A DNA stretch of 64,000 bases from Tubiluchus corallicola (lineage: Eukaryota > Animalia > Priapulida), in NCBI GenBank assembly GCA_030141605.1, contig JAQGDQ010000217.1, forward strand, positions 62,001-126,000, given 5' to 3'. Positions 40,901 to 54,900 of this stretch are shown here, in pieces (the first letter of the stretch is position 1; each line of letters starts with the position of its first letter). The notes under the pieces are model-generated. The model saw only the letters and a list, made by a program, of their open reading frames with translations. It was not told the origin of the DNA and did no database searches. Both the position numbers and the translations under genes were made by a program.

Positions 40901-41570
40901 TACGTAAATTATGGAAAAGAAGAGTTCGATTCTGTAGTTTCCGATGCATGCAATCCGTCCACGCCAAGTGTTGTGTTTTTAAAGGAATTTTCCCAGTATG
41001 TGAAGGCAGTGCAGTGTACATAAATAATATAAATATATTATGTAGCAATATATGACCATGAACTATTGATGTGCAATATACATGTAACTGATGCAGCTCA
41101 CATACTAATAATATTTTATGACTAAACAAAGAAAAGAACTTTGTCATAAACTGCATGTATTTATACACTAATCAGGAAACAACATATTAAAATATGACAC
41201 TGCAATACACTGAGACACCTAGCATAATAATTAAACACATGTTCAGTATAATTTTTATCTGTCAAAATAATTTATCGTATTGTACCCTATCATCTTAAAA
41301 ACAGATTATCCATATTGTGTCACTGGAAAAAATACTGTATCGTACTGGAAAACTTGTATTGTTTAACAGCCCTACTTCAGAAAACCTAAATCTCAGAGTT
41401 CGTAAAATTATTATTGCTAATGTTTATCGAACAATTTTTTAACCACTACTATTTTCACAATGAAAGCCAGAACTCTCAGATTTTTCATAGACCATATTGA
41501 TTCACCTCGTGTCATAAAAGTAGCATGCCGCCGACTGATAAGCTGAACTTTGTCAATTTCTAATGCTGTG
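34990..41570 (-). CDS. MRPS5: Mitochondrial small ribosomal subunit protein uS5m (28S ribosomal protein S5), multi-exon; 5'-most exon(s) not located
   Basis: Phase-compatible GT-AG exons: 41570-41506, 39807-39682, 39505-39266, 38143-38109, 37816-37726, 37271-37167, 36586-36384, 35562-35464, 35178-34990. Motifs: '[23 protein letters not shown]', 'WPGLNAP', '[11 protein letters not shown]', '[10 protein letters not shown]', '[13 protein letters not shown]', '[27 protein letters not shown]'. Confidence 0.95.
37363..37457. repeat. 48-bp direct tandem duplication in an MRPS5 intron
   Basis: AGAGTCTGAAATGTACTAACCGCATTATAGAAAACACTATCCAGATA occurs at 37363 and 37411. Confidence 0.9.
38476..39077. 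mobile_element. Non-autonomous DNA transposon with TTAA target-site duplication (Kolobok-like)
   Basis: TTAA|AGGAAAATAGGAT ... ATCCGGTTTTCCT|TTAA: short imperfect terminal inverted repeats starting AG. Confidence 0.5.
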
Positions 41571-42320
41571 CTGGCAAACAGGAAGAAATCATGTTGCAAA
41601 GCTGTAACAGACAAATTATTTTGTTTTAGTACAGTAATAACAGTAATATTATACTACAGCGCATTTTCTAGAAAAAATGTAGTATAACGATGTAATGCTT
41701 TAAACAAAATAATACTACGACAAGATACGACTGTGGAAACGCATCAGTGCTTTCTATATCATCACTTCAATCTTTTGACTGACGTACAGCAAACTGTTAT
41801 AATTATTAGTTATGTCAATTTACATGCTGAGAAGTGCTAACAAGTCACTGACATAGAGGCATCTTGTTTTTGTTGGATTACGTTGTGTTTAACTGCCCCG
41901 AGTGCAGAGTTGTTTCATTTTAGAATTCCACCTGTCAAATGTTCACAAGAAACATAATACTAAAAGGCATAATTATGATGATGAATCTACATGCAAAATT
42001 TATTATAATTCTTTTCATTATACTGTTATATATCTGTTCAGCTTTTAAATACGGTTTTTGCACGCATACTATGTTTTCTTCACTACATATATTCATTTTA
42101 TTATATTATTTTACTCATTGTTTCACAGTTATCATTAAGCTTTGTTATATTTTTTATTGAGTCATATTGTCTATTTAGTTTCATACTCATATTTCATTGC
42201 ATATTTTGTTTACTCCATTTTTGTTTCTCTATATTAGTTCTTTTGCTCAATAGTCCTTTTGGCATTATGCTTAACAGATATAATTTGATTGAATACTATT
42301 GCACATTTTCGTTTCATTAT

Positions 42321-42490
42321 ACAGTCTAGCCTCGTTATCTCGCCCCTCGTTATGCCGCCAAACTCATCTCTCGCCATAGAAAGTACCAGGGCGGATTTCC
42401 TGCTTTGATATTTACCTCGTTAAGTCGCCACCCTCGCCAAGTCATGCTAGGATGAGTGCTTATGTAAACTATATTCGTTATGTCGCCAAA
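42321..42490 (+). mobile_element. Left end of a Tc1/mariner-pogo (Tigger-like) MITE
   Basis: TA|CAGTCTAGCCTCGTTATCTCGCC... with repeated TCGTTA-n-TCGCC subterminal motifs; matching right end not found. Confidence 0.35.
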
Positions 42491-42738
42491 CAGACAAACT
42501 CAGAGGTGAATCGATCAATACATATACCGCGTGTCGATCAATATAACCGCGGTATGTAGACAATGCTGCTGTACTCGATAGACAGACATAATTAATCTAG
42601 TGTGTGTCCCACCAGGATTAGATTAGGAGTGCTGTGGTTGGTTAACGCGCAGAGAAACTAAAGCGTCACCGATATCCTTACTCTATAACACCTAAGTTTA
42701 TTACATTTAAGTGTATACTCGAAAAAGGTTTTTTATAT

Positions 42739-42742
<4 letters not shown>

Positions 42743-42788
<46 letters not shown>
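42743..42788. repeat. (AT)n microsatellite
   Basis: Seen directly. Confidence 0.95.
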
Positions 42789-42791
<3 letters not shown>

Positions 42792-43599
42792 AACGTTTGT
42801 CTATGAAAATAACTTTACACACAACCTATTAAGATTTTTTTCGGTTTATATTGTATTTAACGTGTATTGTTTTGCCAATGTACACTGTATGTATTTGTGC
42901 AAATAAAACTGAATTGAATTGATGCCAAATAAAACAGTGCGCATTACAACTCAAATTAACAACCTTGTGAGCAATTTCGGGATGAAAATGCAAAATATGA
43001 CACTCGAGAAAAACCTATCAAGGCAGCTGACATCTTGGCTAAGCATATCTACTATACCAATCTTTAATTGGGCATATTTAAGCCAATGAGAGCTAAGATA
43101 ATAAAAATAACTATAACGCATGCGCGGCAATCCTTGGTACACCAGTACAGTAGCATTTTCACAAAATTTTGTGTTTGATGTGGTTTCAGTGTTTACTCCT
43201 AATTAATTTAATTAATCCTGAATATATAAGGATGAAGGATGTCATTGAGTAAAAAGGGCTTTAAATATGGTGTACCGTTTATGGTAAACCTCGTTGACGT
43301 ATTTTCACATCAGTAATCTTATTCTAAAAACTAATCTGTGCTGTAGACCTCTCGAAACACCGATGTCATGATTCTGTTTTAGTGAATAAATATTTAGACG
43401 AAAAAGGTTACACGAACAATTAAGCATGATAAAGATTATTACCTTTAAATCTTAATTTTGATGGCTTTGCACTGGCCACTTAATTTCCATTTCTTTGCTT
43501 AAGTTGTGCTAAATACTACTAATAAAAAGTACTATACTATAGTATTAGTATTACTAGGATCTTTTGAAACATGTTAGTTTTTGCAGCAACAAAGGGTAG

Positions 43600-44960
43600 G
43601 CTTTTTTGTTTAGTTAAAAGTTAGTTGGCTCGAAAATAGTAGCATTAGGGGCAAAGCATTCCGACACAGAACAACTCTTTCTGCAAAGAAATAGCCCCGT
43701 ATATTTGTTTAGTGAAAGCCTTGGAACAATTTTGACAAAATGTCCTCTCGATTGATGATGGAAGAAATCACCTTACTCAATGATGTTTAAAATATTTAAG
43801 ATCATATAAATAGACGAAGGTAGGATCTTATAACTATGGATGAGGTTTGCCGTTTTACATCTCAAATGCAATGCAATAACATTCTTGCTTCATTGACTGT
43901 TGAAATTGAGTGTTATATGATTGCAAACCTTTGAAACTGTTGTAATTGATTACTAAGAGTGACATACTGTGGTGACCACACAGCAGCTTCATATTCAAGT
44001 TTGTGTCTCACTAAAGTTTTATTTAGTGACACGATAACTTTAAACAATCTTGAGATAGCAGCTCATCTACATGGCCAAATGATACTGTTTTGGTTTGTGG
44101 ACTTTTCTGCCTTAGTTGTATGCTTGTTCCATTTTAATCATTTGGGACCCAAACGCCCAGATATTTCACTTCTGTTGTTCATGAATTTCAGAACCACACG
44201 GTTCATTCTTAAATACTTGCTTTGGTGTTATGCGAAGTACTGAACACTTAGAAATCAGTAAGTGCACTGCACACACTGATCTAGCCAACTGTGGTGCTTT
44301 GGAGGTCAATATAGTCTTGTGTGTGTGTGTATATTGACTTGTAGATATGTGATGACAGGTGGTTTAATAAACATCAAATAAAATCAGATACAAATGACTG
44401 TTTTAAAGTCGCCATTGATTATTATCCAAAAATAATAACAACGAATGAGCACTCAATCTCAGGCGCTAAATCAGTTATAACATTGCAGTGCCATCTATTG
44501 TGATTTATGTAAATTATGATTATTGAACGAACTCTTATCATTACAAGATATTAATGTCATCCACATATAGAATTGATTTCCCGTTTAGACATCTTGCAAG
44601 ATCATCAGAATAGATTACAAAATAATGTGGTTCTGATTTTGTTCCCTGAGATATTCCGTTTATCACACACATCCAGCTAGAAATATTTCAGCCATAACTA
44701 CTCTCTGAAAATGATGACAAAAAAGTCTTTGAATCGGGTTTGGCAGCCCTTCATGGATACAGCAAACTGCATCCTAAGCATCAGTCCGTTGAATCAACTT
44801 GAATGGAACCGATTCAAACGAACATGCAAAATCTATGTACGTTATGTTGATACTGGGCAACTTGGGATCATTATATGCCTTCGTCCAGTCATTTAGACAT
44901 TGCAAAAGATTCTTGACAACAGCCCTTCCAAGGAAACACAGGCAGGCAGTGACAAAAACT
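43600..44960 (-). mobile_element. Degenerate non-LTR retrotransposon (CR1/L2-group LINE) RT and 3' ORF2 remnant
   Basis: Ordered minus-strand motifs: 'NLLQCLNDWTKAY...YIDFACSFESVPF' (cf. YLDFxKAFDSVPH), 'VINGISQGTKSEPHYFVIYSDDL' (cf. GVPQGSVLGPxLFxIYxNDL), 'VRHKLEYEAAVWSPQY', 'FFAERVVLCRNALP'. Contains stops and frameshifts. Confidence 0.8.
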
Positions 44961-46078
44961 CAGATATGCATAAAATTAGAATGTCTACAAGTAAATGTTC
45001 AAAAATAATTTATTGTTGGATTGGTTTAAACGAAAATATAGTAAGCGAATAGTGGACAGCACCATTGCTGTTAATATTCCAATTTTCTATAGTTTGGTTG
45101 GTATAAGGCTGCTCTCTAAAAAATACTTGTAGGGGTTATGAACCTATATGCAGTACCAGGAACAGCACGGAGATTACTAAGCGCTGTTGTGACTTATGAG
45201 TGTGATTAGTATTTTGAGTGCATTCGGATTGTACAGAGAACGATAAAGATAAACATGACTGTTCCTTGAATTCAGTCAAGTGCTTATGCATTTCAAATGG
45301 CCATGTGTAGTTTACCTTATCTAGCAGTTGATGGATTCAGAATTTTTTTTGCCTGCATTACCGATTGCTCGAGTTTAGAGTAACATTGTCATTGTACTGC
45401 AGTAGAATTACTATTTATACATTACATGTTTGTTCTAGCTAGCCCAGTTATTGTATAGTGGTCATACTACAGATTTGACCACAAACTGTTCAGACCTGAC
45501 AGGTAATGACAAATCACATGCCGTTTCGTAGAATAGAGCATTGTATACATCAAATAACTTAATAGTGCTGTAAGCAATTTTTGTGTGGTAACGGGTACTC
45601 ATTTACCAACCATGTGTCATTGTGCATTTAGATCCAAAAAAGGTGGGTAATAAAGTTTTTTAATGCAGGGAATCTGAGATTAAAGCACATTTTTTGAGAA
45701 ATCTACTTTTTTGTCTGATAACAAGTTGCTACACCAACAGATAAGGTGGTATGATGTAAACCGTACGTGGCCAACTCAACGTTTGTTCGACAATTGCCGT
45801 CCACCACCTATAATCGTCTCAGTGGATATAAATGCAACGTTTGGAGAAATGAACCAGTCTTAACTTATACGTAGGGTAACACAATACTAGTAGCGTAGCA
45901 CAAAAACAGCGAGTTGTAGGATAAGTCAGACATCCAGAACATTTTTATTGTATGTAAATTCGATGCATCAGGTGTATAGTGCCGGTGCAGTTGTGGAATC
46001 GTACGTTTTGGCTACATATGAAGCATCATATGCATGACGAGCAAAAAATTGTGTATCTCTAAACTGCCAAGGCTTCAA

Positions 46079-47464
46079 ATGTTTACGTTTAAACAACGGT
46101 AACCAGTCTTATTTCGTGTTTAATGATCTTCTTTATGGTACTGTAAGTACTTGGTTTTCATGAATTGCCTAGATGCATTTCTAGATAATAAATCTGTATT
46201 CCTTAGATTTCTAGGTTTCCTTGCTTTTATTGTAAACATACTAGATATTATTCAATTTATCAAGTCATTTATGTAATATATCATTTACACGCATTCTAAA
46301 TTTATTTTGTGTCTTTTTCAGGTTTTAGTTGTTGGTGGCTCATTTTGGCTGAAAGATTTTGCATCAATCAGATACCAGTTTCGAAAGACTGAATCTGTAA
46401 GGAAATCTTTCACAGCCATTATGCTTTACTTAAAATTATACTGGTTGTTTATTAGCACCATCGCAAAAAAATAGTTTAAACTTTTGCAAAATTCAAAATG
46501 TTTTCGGTCAGTTTCGTTCCATCTCTCATAAAAATACATTTGCGTAAATTTGCTTTTAGCAGCCTTAAGCACACAATGTGCATCTCTGCAGTGAATGAGG
46601 GTAAAAGTTATATGACACCTTATAGTAAGAATTTAATGCTGTTATGTTTAATAGCATTACATTGTTCATAATATAATCATGAACTATAATGACTATAAAC
46701 TGGAAAATTTATTGTGTTCAATAAGTGAATGTAGAAGCTGCTGTTGAGATGTAACAGTGGGTTCATATCTTAGGAGCTGGTTGCTCAACCTACATTAATG
46801 GATTTCATAGTTAGCTTGCTTGCCTGAAAGCTCCCCTCTCTCCCCAGATCACCTAGGATAATATCAAGCTCTCCATAGTTATTGCAGATAGAACTGCAGG
46901 TGAAATTGCCTAGAAGCAGTTTCTTCCTTAACTTGGGTTACTAAACTCTCCCATGACCTCTTAGCCAAACCCACTGGTAACTGTGCAGTCAAATTATGCA
47001 AATAAGATTAATCAGAGTTTATGCTAAAATGATCTAGCAAAGAGATGCAACATTTATTTATTGGTGATTTTCAATCTTTTCAAAATTTTAGAAATTGAGA
47101 AAGTATGTTTGTACTTCTGTGCCATCTAATTTCATTTTATCTGCAGTTTTGTGTTTCAGATAAGACCAGAAGATTATCATGCTGCTGGCATTGTGAAGAA
47201 AGGAAAACCATCAACCCTCGAGGAAGAATTTGAAGTAAGTAAATGTTTGCTATTTAAACTTACAAGTATTAAACTGTTATGCTATACAATTATGTTATTG
47301 TCTGGTATCTTATGTCACATAATTTACAGAAAAGATAAAATTTTAAATTCGGACTAAATTTGCAGAAGGTCAAGCAACTTGATACGGAACACTGGGAGAG
47401 CATCAGAGGTCCACGGCCTTGGGAAGAAGCGACTTTGCAACAGAAACAAAAATCTGCAAACTAG
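46079..47464 (+). CDS. COX16: Cytochrome c oxidase assembly protein COX16
   Basis: Exons 46322-46396 (VLVVGGSFWLKDFASIRYQFRKTES), 47160-47234 (IRPEDYHAAGIVKKGKPSTLEEEFE) and 47366-47464 (KVKQLDTEHWESIRGPRPWEE...*), all with phase-0 GT-AG introns and the hallmark GGSF..L..F..IRY and W..IRGPRPWE motifs. The 5' end is tentative (46079-46098 + 46207-46231 giving MFTFKQRFLGFLAFI, or an ATG at 46160). Confidence 0.9.
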
Positions 47465-47535
47465 TTGCAGGAAACAAGCCTCATATTTGCTGACTCTTTG
47501 CATAACTTTGGAAACTTAATATTTAATTGAACAGC

Positions 47536-47769
47536 ATGGTGTGTATTTCTTGCATTGTGGTTCCATTCTTTCTCTGGCTATTTCATCGCTTTATTCGGCC
47601 CTGGTTGTCGAGGTTTTGGGCTCCACCACTAGAAGGTAGCAAAATGGAGAATGATGAATCAGCTGATGCTAAGATGAAATGTCCCTTCTCATCAAGAGAA
47701 AATGGTGCAATTGTGAACAGTCACGTTCAGGAAACTGCATCTTCCGGAGGAGATAAAAAAGATATTTAG
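47536..47769 (+). CDS. C18orf32: UPF0729 family small protein (C18orf32 homolog), 77 aa, intronless
   Basis: N-terminus MVCISCIVVPFFLWLFHRFIRPWLSRFW matches the family signature MVCIPCIVIP.LLW.Y..F..P....FW; also a later 'CPF' motif and a KKD-x C-terminus. Confidence 0.88.
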   Translation: MVCISCIVVPFFLWLFHRFIRPWLSRFWAPPLEGSKMENDESADAKMKCPFSSRENGAIVNSHVQETASSGGDKKDI

Positions 47770-48062
47770 TATTTACGAAATGGATTACATTTTTACACTG
47801 TTTATTATTCTCTGTCAGTGATTTGATTATGGGTGTGTTATGCTGGTGTTTCCTTTCATTTGTACAATTTAATCCTGCTGGATTTTTGGAGGGCTGCTGT
47901 CAGCTTGTGTGTAAAAATGCCAAGAAAATGCTCTTAATACATCGCACGTAAGCACATATCAGTGCTGTTATTATATTTGTTTAACCTTGAAATGTGTTGG
48001 TGTGTAGAAAATAATGCAATCACAAATAATCGCTTAGGGCCTTAGTACAAGAGAGCCATGCC

Positions 48063-48068
48063 AATAAA
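48063..48068 (+). terminator. Candidate polyadenylation signal (AATAAA) for the COX16/UPF0729 transcript
   Basis: First AATAAA I find after the UPF0729 stop, followed by T/GT-rich sequence; none seen between the COX16 stop and the UPF0729 start. Confidence 0.4.
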
Positions 48069-48993
48069 AAGCATTGATATTCTTTCTGTTGGCAGAAAAA
48101 ATAATGTACATTTTGTATTTTAGTCGTGTTTTAAAAATAACCTAGTCTTTAGTGTTACTTTAATTTTAAATTACATGTAACAAATTAAATGTATGACTAG
48201 TAGTAATGCTAAAATAGTATACATATATGTAAGAAATGGATAATAAACAGAATTTATTTACAAACAATGTACGGAAAACAAAAATAGCATTACAGTTTAT
48301 ACGTTGCGTAACCAGCACTAGCTTTACACAGTCGGACATTTGTGGTATCTCAATGTGTATTTCTGCCTTGGTATTAAAATTTTCCTCAGTTCTGAGTAAC
48401 ATTAAATAATGAGCTTACATAATGTTATATTTGCCATGTACATTGGTTCTGATCAATGAAATTAATGCAACTATCAACGAAATACATACAAATGAAAAAG
48501 TTATAATCTATTTATAGAAAATTCTGTTAGCTTGCATACACTGGCAGCATTCCTTTGTTGATGTTCACATACCCTTTAATCATTTTTGAATGCTTAATCC
48601 CATCACTTTAGTCTCCATTCTTACAAGATGGTTCACTCGGGTTGCAAGATAAATTCAAACATAACTGCAAACTACAACTATCTGATTCTAGCCACAGCAT
48701 AATTGACTCATTAAAAAATCTCTGAGGAAACTGGTAGTGTTTAATGAGACGTAAGTTTCATATAATGCAGACAGCCAAAAACAGTTTAATGGTTTGCAGT
48801 TCTAAACTCGACAATGTGGTCAGATATACGAATCACTGAATACTAACAGCACTTACCAGAATGCTGTGTGCTAATTTTACCACTTATATCTCTACAATCT
48901 GACAAAAGTAGGACACAAGGATATGTATTTTAAAACAAACGTTTGCTGTGATTTTGTTAGATTTTTGTTTGGTCGACACATTGAAAATATTAA

Positions 48994-51900
48994 TCAAGAA
49001 TAACTTGCTAATACATTAAAAAAATGGTACACCTCGTCTTTGTCACAGACAGCCACTTCAGTCTGACAAACACTGCACTTTACTGGATGATAGGTATCAG
49101 CACTGTCTGCACCAGTGCTTGATCCTTCACCAGTTTGATGCTTGGGTTTTCTCCGCTTTTTGTATTTTATCGGACAGTGTAAAGTCTGAGTGATGTCCAT
49201 GCTGCAGTTGAAAACAAACATGGCTCGATACTGATTCTTGTATATTTCGTGTCTGTAAGAATATGATTTCGGTCAAATAACTAAGATGGCAATTTAACAA
49301 TTACAGACAGCCACAAATTATATTAGCTCAGCAAATCATACAACAAACAATTTTTTATTAGAACACGTAAAAATCTGCTCAAAACCTCAAAATTATTTCA
49401 ACATGTTTTTGATTTATCTGATATCTTATTTGATCTTTATCAGATAATATGAACTTCAGTTAAAGTGAGACAACTGACAACTATATAGTAAAATGAGGTA
49501 TCAGGTATAATAAAAAAACTGAAACATTCTTTTGTTTCATTAAAATAACTTCATAATTGGTCTATATTGGTTTTTATTGGTCTTCAGTCCAGTTTTTTTA
49601 AGTTTATTTATGCCCCAAAATTTTACTTATCCTTAAAATGCTCATAACCGACGGTCATAAAAAGGAATGTAGTTAAATACCTTTGACAGTCCATGCATAA
49701 CATGGTCATACAAGCTGGGCAGTTCAGTACGGCATCACTTGTTGGCAACTTCTCTTGAACAGGAAGAGAATTATGCATGTCAGCATCTTGCGAGACACAT
49801 GTACCCTACATCAATAAAAGCAACATTAAATTATTATCTTCGATAAATATGTAGCTCTTTGCATAGTTGCCTAAAACAGTTTGATATTCTATTTTTTCAA
49901 ATTAAAATTAAGTAAATGAGGTAATTGGGGGGGGGGGGGGGGTGCACTGTCTATGAGGCACAGTTTACAAACGTATGATTCAAATAAACAGCGCTCTGTT
50001 CAAACTGGTCACTGGTGATTCACAGGTCCTGTTTCCACAAGAAGCAAATTCAGGAGTGAAATGTGATTGTTCTACTCTGCATTACAAATAAATCTAAACA
50101 CATTCTATTGCAATGTTTTCAGTCTGCAAGAGATTCCACCTGGTTTTTCGGAGGGAGGAAAGTTCTACTCAAGAGTTTGAGAAACTAGTCTACTCTTTGC
50201 TGTACAAAGGCGACATATTACAGCTCTACTTGCAACATTTGTTACAACAGTCAAGTAATACAAATTGATGGGTAGTTACATTGGTATTTTGTCACCCATA
50301 TGTACAGAATTAAATTTTCAGATGAGCAATAATTAAAGAACTGCTTAAGACACATGACTGAAAAAGGAAAATTGTACAGCTGAAAATCGTTGTTTTAAAA
50401 GAAACTGTGAGTTGGCAGTATGGCTTTATGTAACTGAGAACTGTTTTGAGATTTGCCATATCATAAATGTCCACAAAATTGCTCTGTGATCTCAAAGTTT
50501 AGTTCGTACTAGCATGATTCGTAGTCTGAAATAAATACTGAGACTACAGTGCATTTTTATGGACTTCTATGATCACAGACTTGCTCACATGGTAAAAACA
50601 CAGTGACTTAACCAAACGACACTGATAAAATATCTGTGGAAGAGGACTAGAATTTTCTAAGGAACAAGCTGCACTTGACAGCTAATGAATTCCTAAAAGG
50701 TGCTTCAGCTTAAGGCGACTTCCACCAATCCTACTGCATCTCCCAGACATTATTTTAGGTTAAAAATTTTGCAAGTCTTCCAGATTTAATGCTCTATTCA
50801 CCCATTGTACAATAATGACACACTCAGCTGATGATTTACTAGTAAACAGAGACATTCAGAAATCATACCAGATTGCCATCAGCTACTCAAGCATTATGGA
50901 ATGGGTTCAAGTTTGTATGCATGATTTTGTATTTTTGTGTTGTGCCATTCAAACATGTATGAAAAAATTTGCATTGTGCAAAACAAGAACAAGATATACC
51001 AACATACAGCTACAGTACTGTAAAAATAAAATCCCTGCCATTTTCAAAACTTTGTACGATATATTACCGTTGACAAGTATGATCTTCTTTGATCATCCAT
51101 CCATTTTTGATCCTCGTCATCCAGATCAGGGTCATAAAACAGATCATCGTTAGATAAGACAGGATGCTTCTTACTTTTTTTCTTAGATGAAGAGTTAGCA
51201 CTTTCATTGTCAACTACAAACAAGAAAGGATTAGTTTGGATAAATATCTGTATATAATTTAATTTCTTTTAATGGTATTTGCTAAACTAAAACAAAGTTA
51301 TTACAGAAGTACCTTACAAGCACACTGTGAGAGATGTACTCAATTAATAATGCCATAACAACTTACTTTCATGATAATGAAAATTTGCCAACCAGTTTCT
51401 CACTTGAGTTCATAGTTATGTGTTGTTTTATAGCAGAATTTCTTACCTTACTTGACGCATTAAAATTTTTAGTACAGTACAATTTGCTTAAAAAATACAC
51501 AGATAATAAAATTACAATTTTCTGATACATTTTACTTAAAAACTTTTTGCAAGCAGTTTATGGAATGCTAACAGTATTGGCTTCATAAATAAACAATATA
51601 CACTGTAATAACATAGAAAATGCTACTTAATAGGTCTTTTCGGTTTACGAATCCAGCCGCTTAATAAATTCATTTAAATTTGCACCAAGGTGGATTTATT
51701 AACTGAAGTATACAGTAATTGTGTAGAACTAGATATCTTCTAACAGAATTTGTTTATACCAAAAATTTACTGCTAAACTTGTGTATGATTACTGGGAAGA
51801 GCCAGGATGGAATCATCGACACCCACCTTAGCAAAGCTCACACAGTTTGCTGCTGCATGATAAACTAGCACTTGCCATATAATGTCAAACACTACAAGTT

Positions 51901-54900
51901 GTTATGTAGGGTTAGTTGCAACAACTGCTATTTGGAAAATTTTATTGACATTTACAAAGTACACTTGCTTAATTATAAGCGAAATTTTCATTAAATGAAG
52001 TGACATTTGGCTAGGGAATCTTATAAATGTATAATGATATACTACATGTACATATTAATGAAAAGTCAACAATGTTTGATTTATATAAACCACGCCCTTT
52101 ATGAGTTTTATTGGTCATATTTATTAATCATGTCCTTACTATACAAAATTTTATCAGAGCAGGCCAGCAGGCAATGTTTAACTTTATGGATATGCATGCA
52201 AGTTTATCAGCTTCAGCTGACAGAAATATGAGGAATAAAAGAGAACAGCAGATTTTGTGTACTAACTTACAATGGGTTTTTTAGAAGACAAACAGATTTA
52301 GTTGACTAAGGTACAGTAATAATATGGCATTTTATAAAATGCGGATCAAAGTTCAGTGAATAAAAGCACTAAACAAATGATATTCTCACCAGTTTCATCA
52401 TCACATTCATCATCCGAATCAAAATACAAATCATCGTAATATTGTTGCGACTGTTCAGGCATATCTTTGTTTGCACCTGTTTCCATGGCAGCTGGTTCAT
52501 TTTCAACTGGAAGGAATTTAAACTGGTAAAGGACTCCAGACAGCTAATATCAGTACAAAAAATGTCAACATTTCAATGGTTGTGCAGTTTGTATTCATAA
52601 TTTATAATTGAAATTAAATAGTTTGTTTTAAAAACAGCAAAACAGTCACAAAAAACATCAGTCACAACTATCATGAAAAATTATATTTAGTTATTTTGCT
52701 GTACTTTGGTATAGCCAGGGGTGAGTGACAAGCAAAATTAAAAGAGCCTGATCTATTACAAAGAATGGACTGCCATGAGAGAATGGTATGATGATGAATA
52801 CACCTAATCGAAAAATCTCGAGCAATTCAGTTGATGCATCGTGCACCATGACTTCATTTAAAGCACAAGAAAACCTTCCACTTACATAAAGCTTAAAAAA
52901 TTTCGTCTCGAAATTTTATACCTTACATACTACCTTTTTGTATGCATGGCTTGCATTGGCCGCAATGCTGTAGAAAACGTGAAAATTTAAACTCCCGCGA
53001 TGACCGTTAGGTGCAGCCATTTTCGTGATAGGTCTTTTGAGTTCAAGTTTAGAAAACAATTAGACAACAAGTTTGAAAAAATAATCAGAACATTCGTAGC
53101 ATACATGTTGTTAATTAAGTAAAATTTTAAATTACTGTATCTTGTCAATAAGAGTAAAAGTTCGTTTTTGGCTAGCGAGTGCTGCACCCTGGAGGGTGAG
53201 TCAGCGACATTTTACCAATTGACAGAAACATTTAAATTATTAGTGTAGTTACATAAATCTTTCCAGCAGGTATGTGAAATGCTAAGTAATATAGATTTGC
53301 ACCGAAAGTTTTTTGAGTCATAATTTAACATTGCCTTTCTTCCCCTGATTGACGTGGCGTAGTGACATCATGTAACGGCGCCATCGGTACAGTATTGCGG
53401 GAGATTTAAAATGAAAACAAACAAAATTCCTTTCTAAGTGAATACGATATGTGCATAAAATTGCTGTAAAGTAGTATAATTTTTTAAGATGATTTTTCTG
53501 AAATCTACTTCAGGTGCCCCTTTTCTTGTCCTTTAACTTAACTATGAGCATCATTGGCATTTGATTTATACTGAGTCAGACTAAAATTTTCAGATCACAA
53601 GAAGAAAACGACATTTTATTCATATATTTACTTGGCTGTGCAAGCATTAAAATAGCTTTTTAGAGATACGTTAACAAGACTGACAGCTAATATCATGCGA
53701 TTTGGTATTTTGATTAAAAATAATTGAGAAATTACAACTGCCCAACCAAGTTGAACGAACCGGGTATTCTAGCTTTTTCTAAGTTGGCAACAGTTCTTTC
53801 AAGTTCCTGCATCATGTCCTTTTCGAATTCATCATCGCTCGATTCAGCATTCTTTCCCTCCACGATGCGTCGCTTTTGCTCTGGAGTTCCACGTAACATG
53901 ATATCAATCTCGTCTTCTGAACTGCAAGAAGTCAAATACAGCAAAAGTTAGTTTTTATATCAAAGGCATAGTGTGCATCACATGCTGTATTTGTACCAGA
54001 ATTTCCAAGAGATATGGGCTAGGTAAATAGCTGAGCGGGTTATTGTGTGTGCCAAGCAACCGAATGCTAAACCTGTGAATGAATGGATGGGTGACTTGAA
54101 TGAATGGATACCCATACCAAGTGAATTCATCTACAATACTGCTTTGGGGTATTAACATGAGGGTCTATGAACATGCGATATCTCTGTCTGTCCAATATTT
54201 CATGTTAGAGGATTGCCCAGCCTATAATAATGGTGGTGGCCACAGCCAGTGAATGCTGGATCCCAGTTTGGGAAGTGCCTAGTTGTACAAACATAAATGT
54301 CCAGTACTTCAACAAACCTTTACAATTTCTCCTATTTTGTTGCAGAAGTACCTATCTAAGAAAATTAAAGGTTACGAAAAGCAAATGCTGCTATATTTTG
54401 CAATGTTACAACAGTACAACTATCTTAATATGATAAAAATTTAATAAATTATGTTTGAACAATACTATAGCTGATGTTCTGCATTGACTAATGAGATTTC
54501 TCAGTACATCAGGAAACTGTGGCTTTAAAGTGGAGACTTACGAAAGTGACAAATTTGCATTTTGTCTAGACTCTAGATACTTTGAATATACAATTCTCAA
54601 TATAAAAAGCATGTTACCATTTCTCAACAAAACTAAGAATGAAACTAGAATTTTGCTATAAAACTGTGAGAAAGATAATGCAATAAGATATCAATATTTT
54701 GAAACGTAGTTCTTACAACACAAGCACTGCAGAACACACTTGCAATAAATTAAAGAGTATTTGAAAGTACAGGTCTACTGTTCAGCTGCTCAAGATTTAC
54801 AGTTTAGCAAAACTAAATGTTTGAATTCTGTACACACTTGCCCAAAGTTACTTTTAATGTATAACTAGAAACTGCACTGTTTTCTATTTGATAAAGTTTT

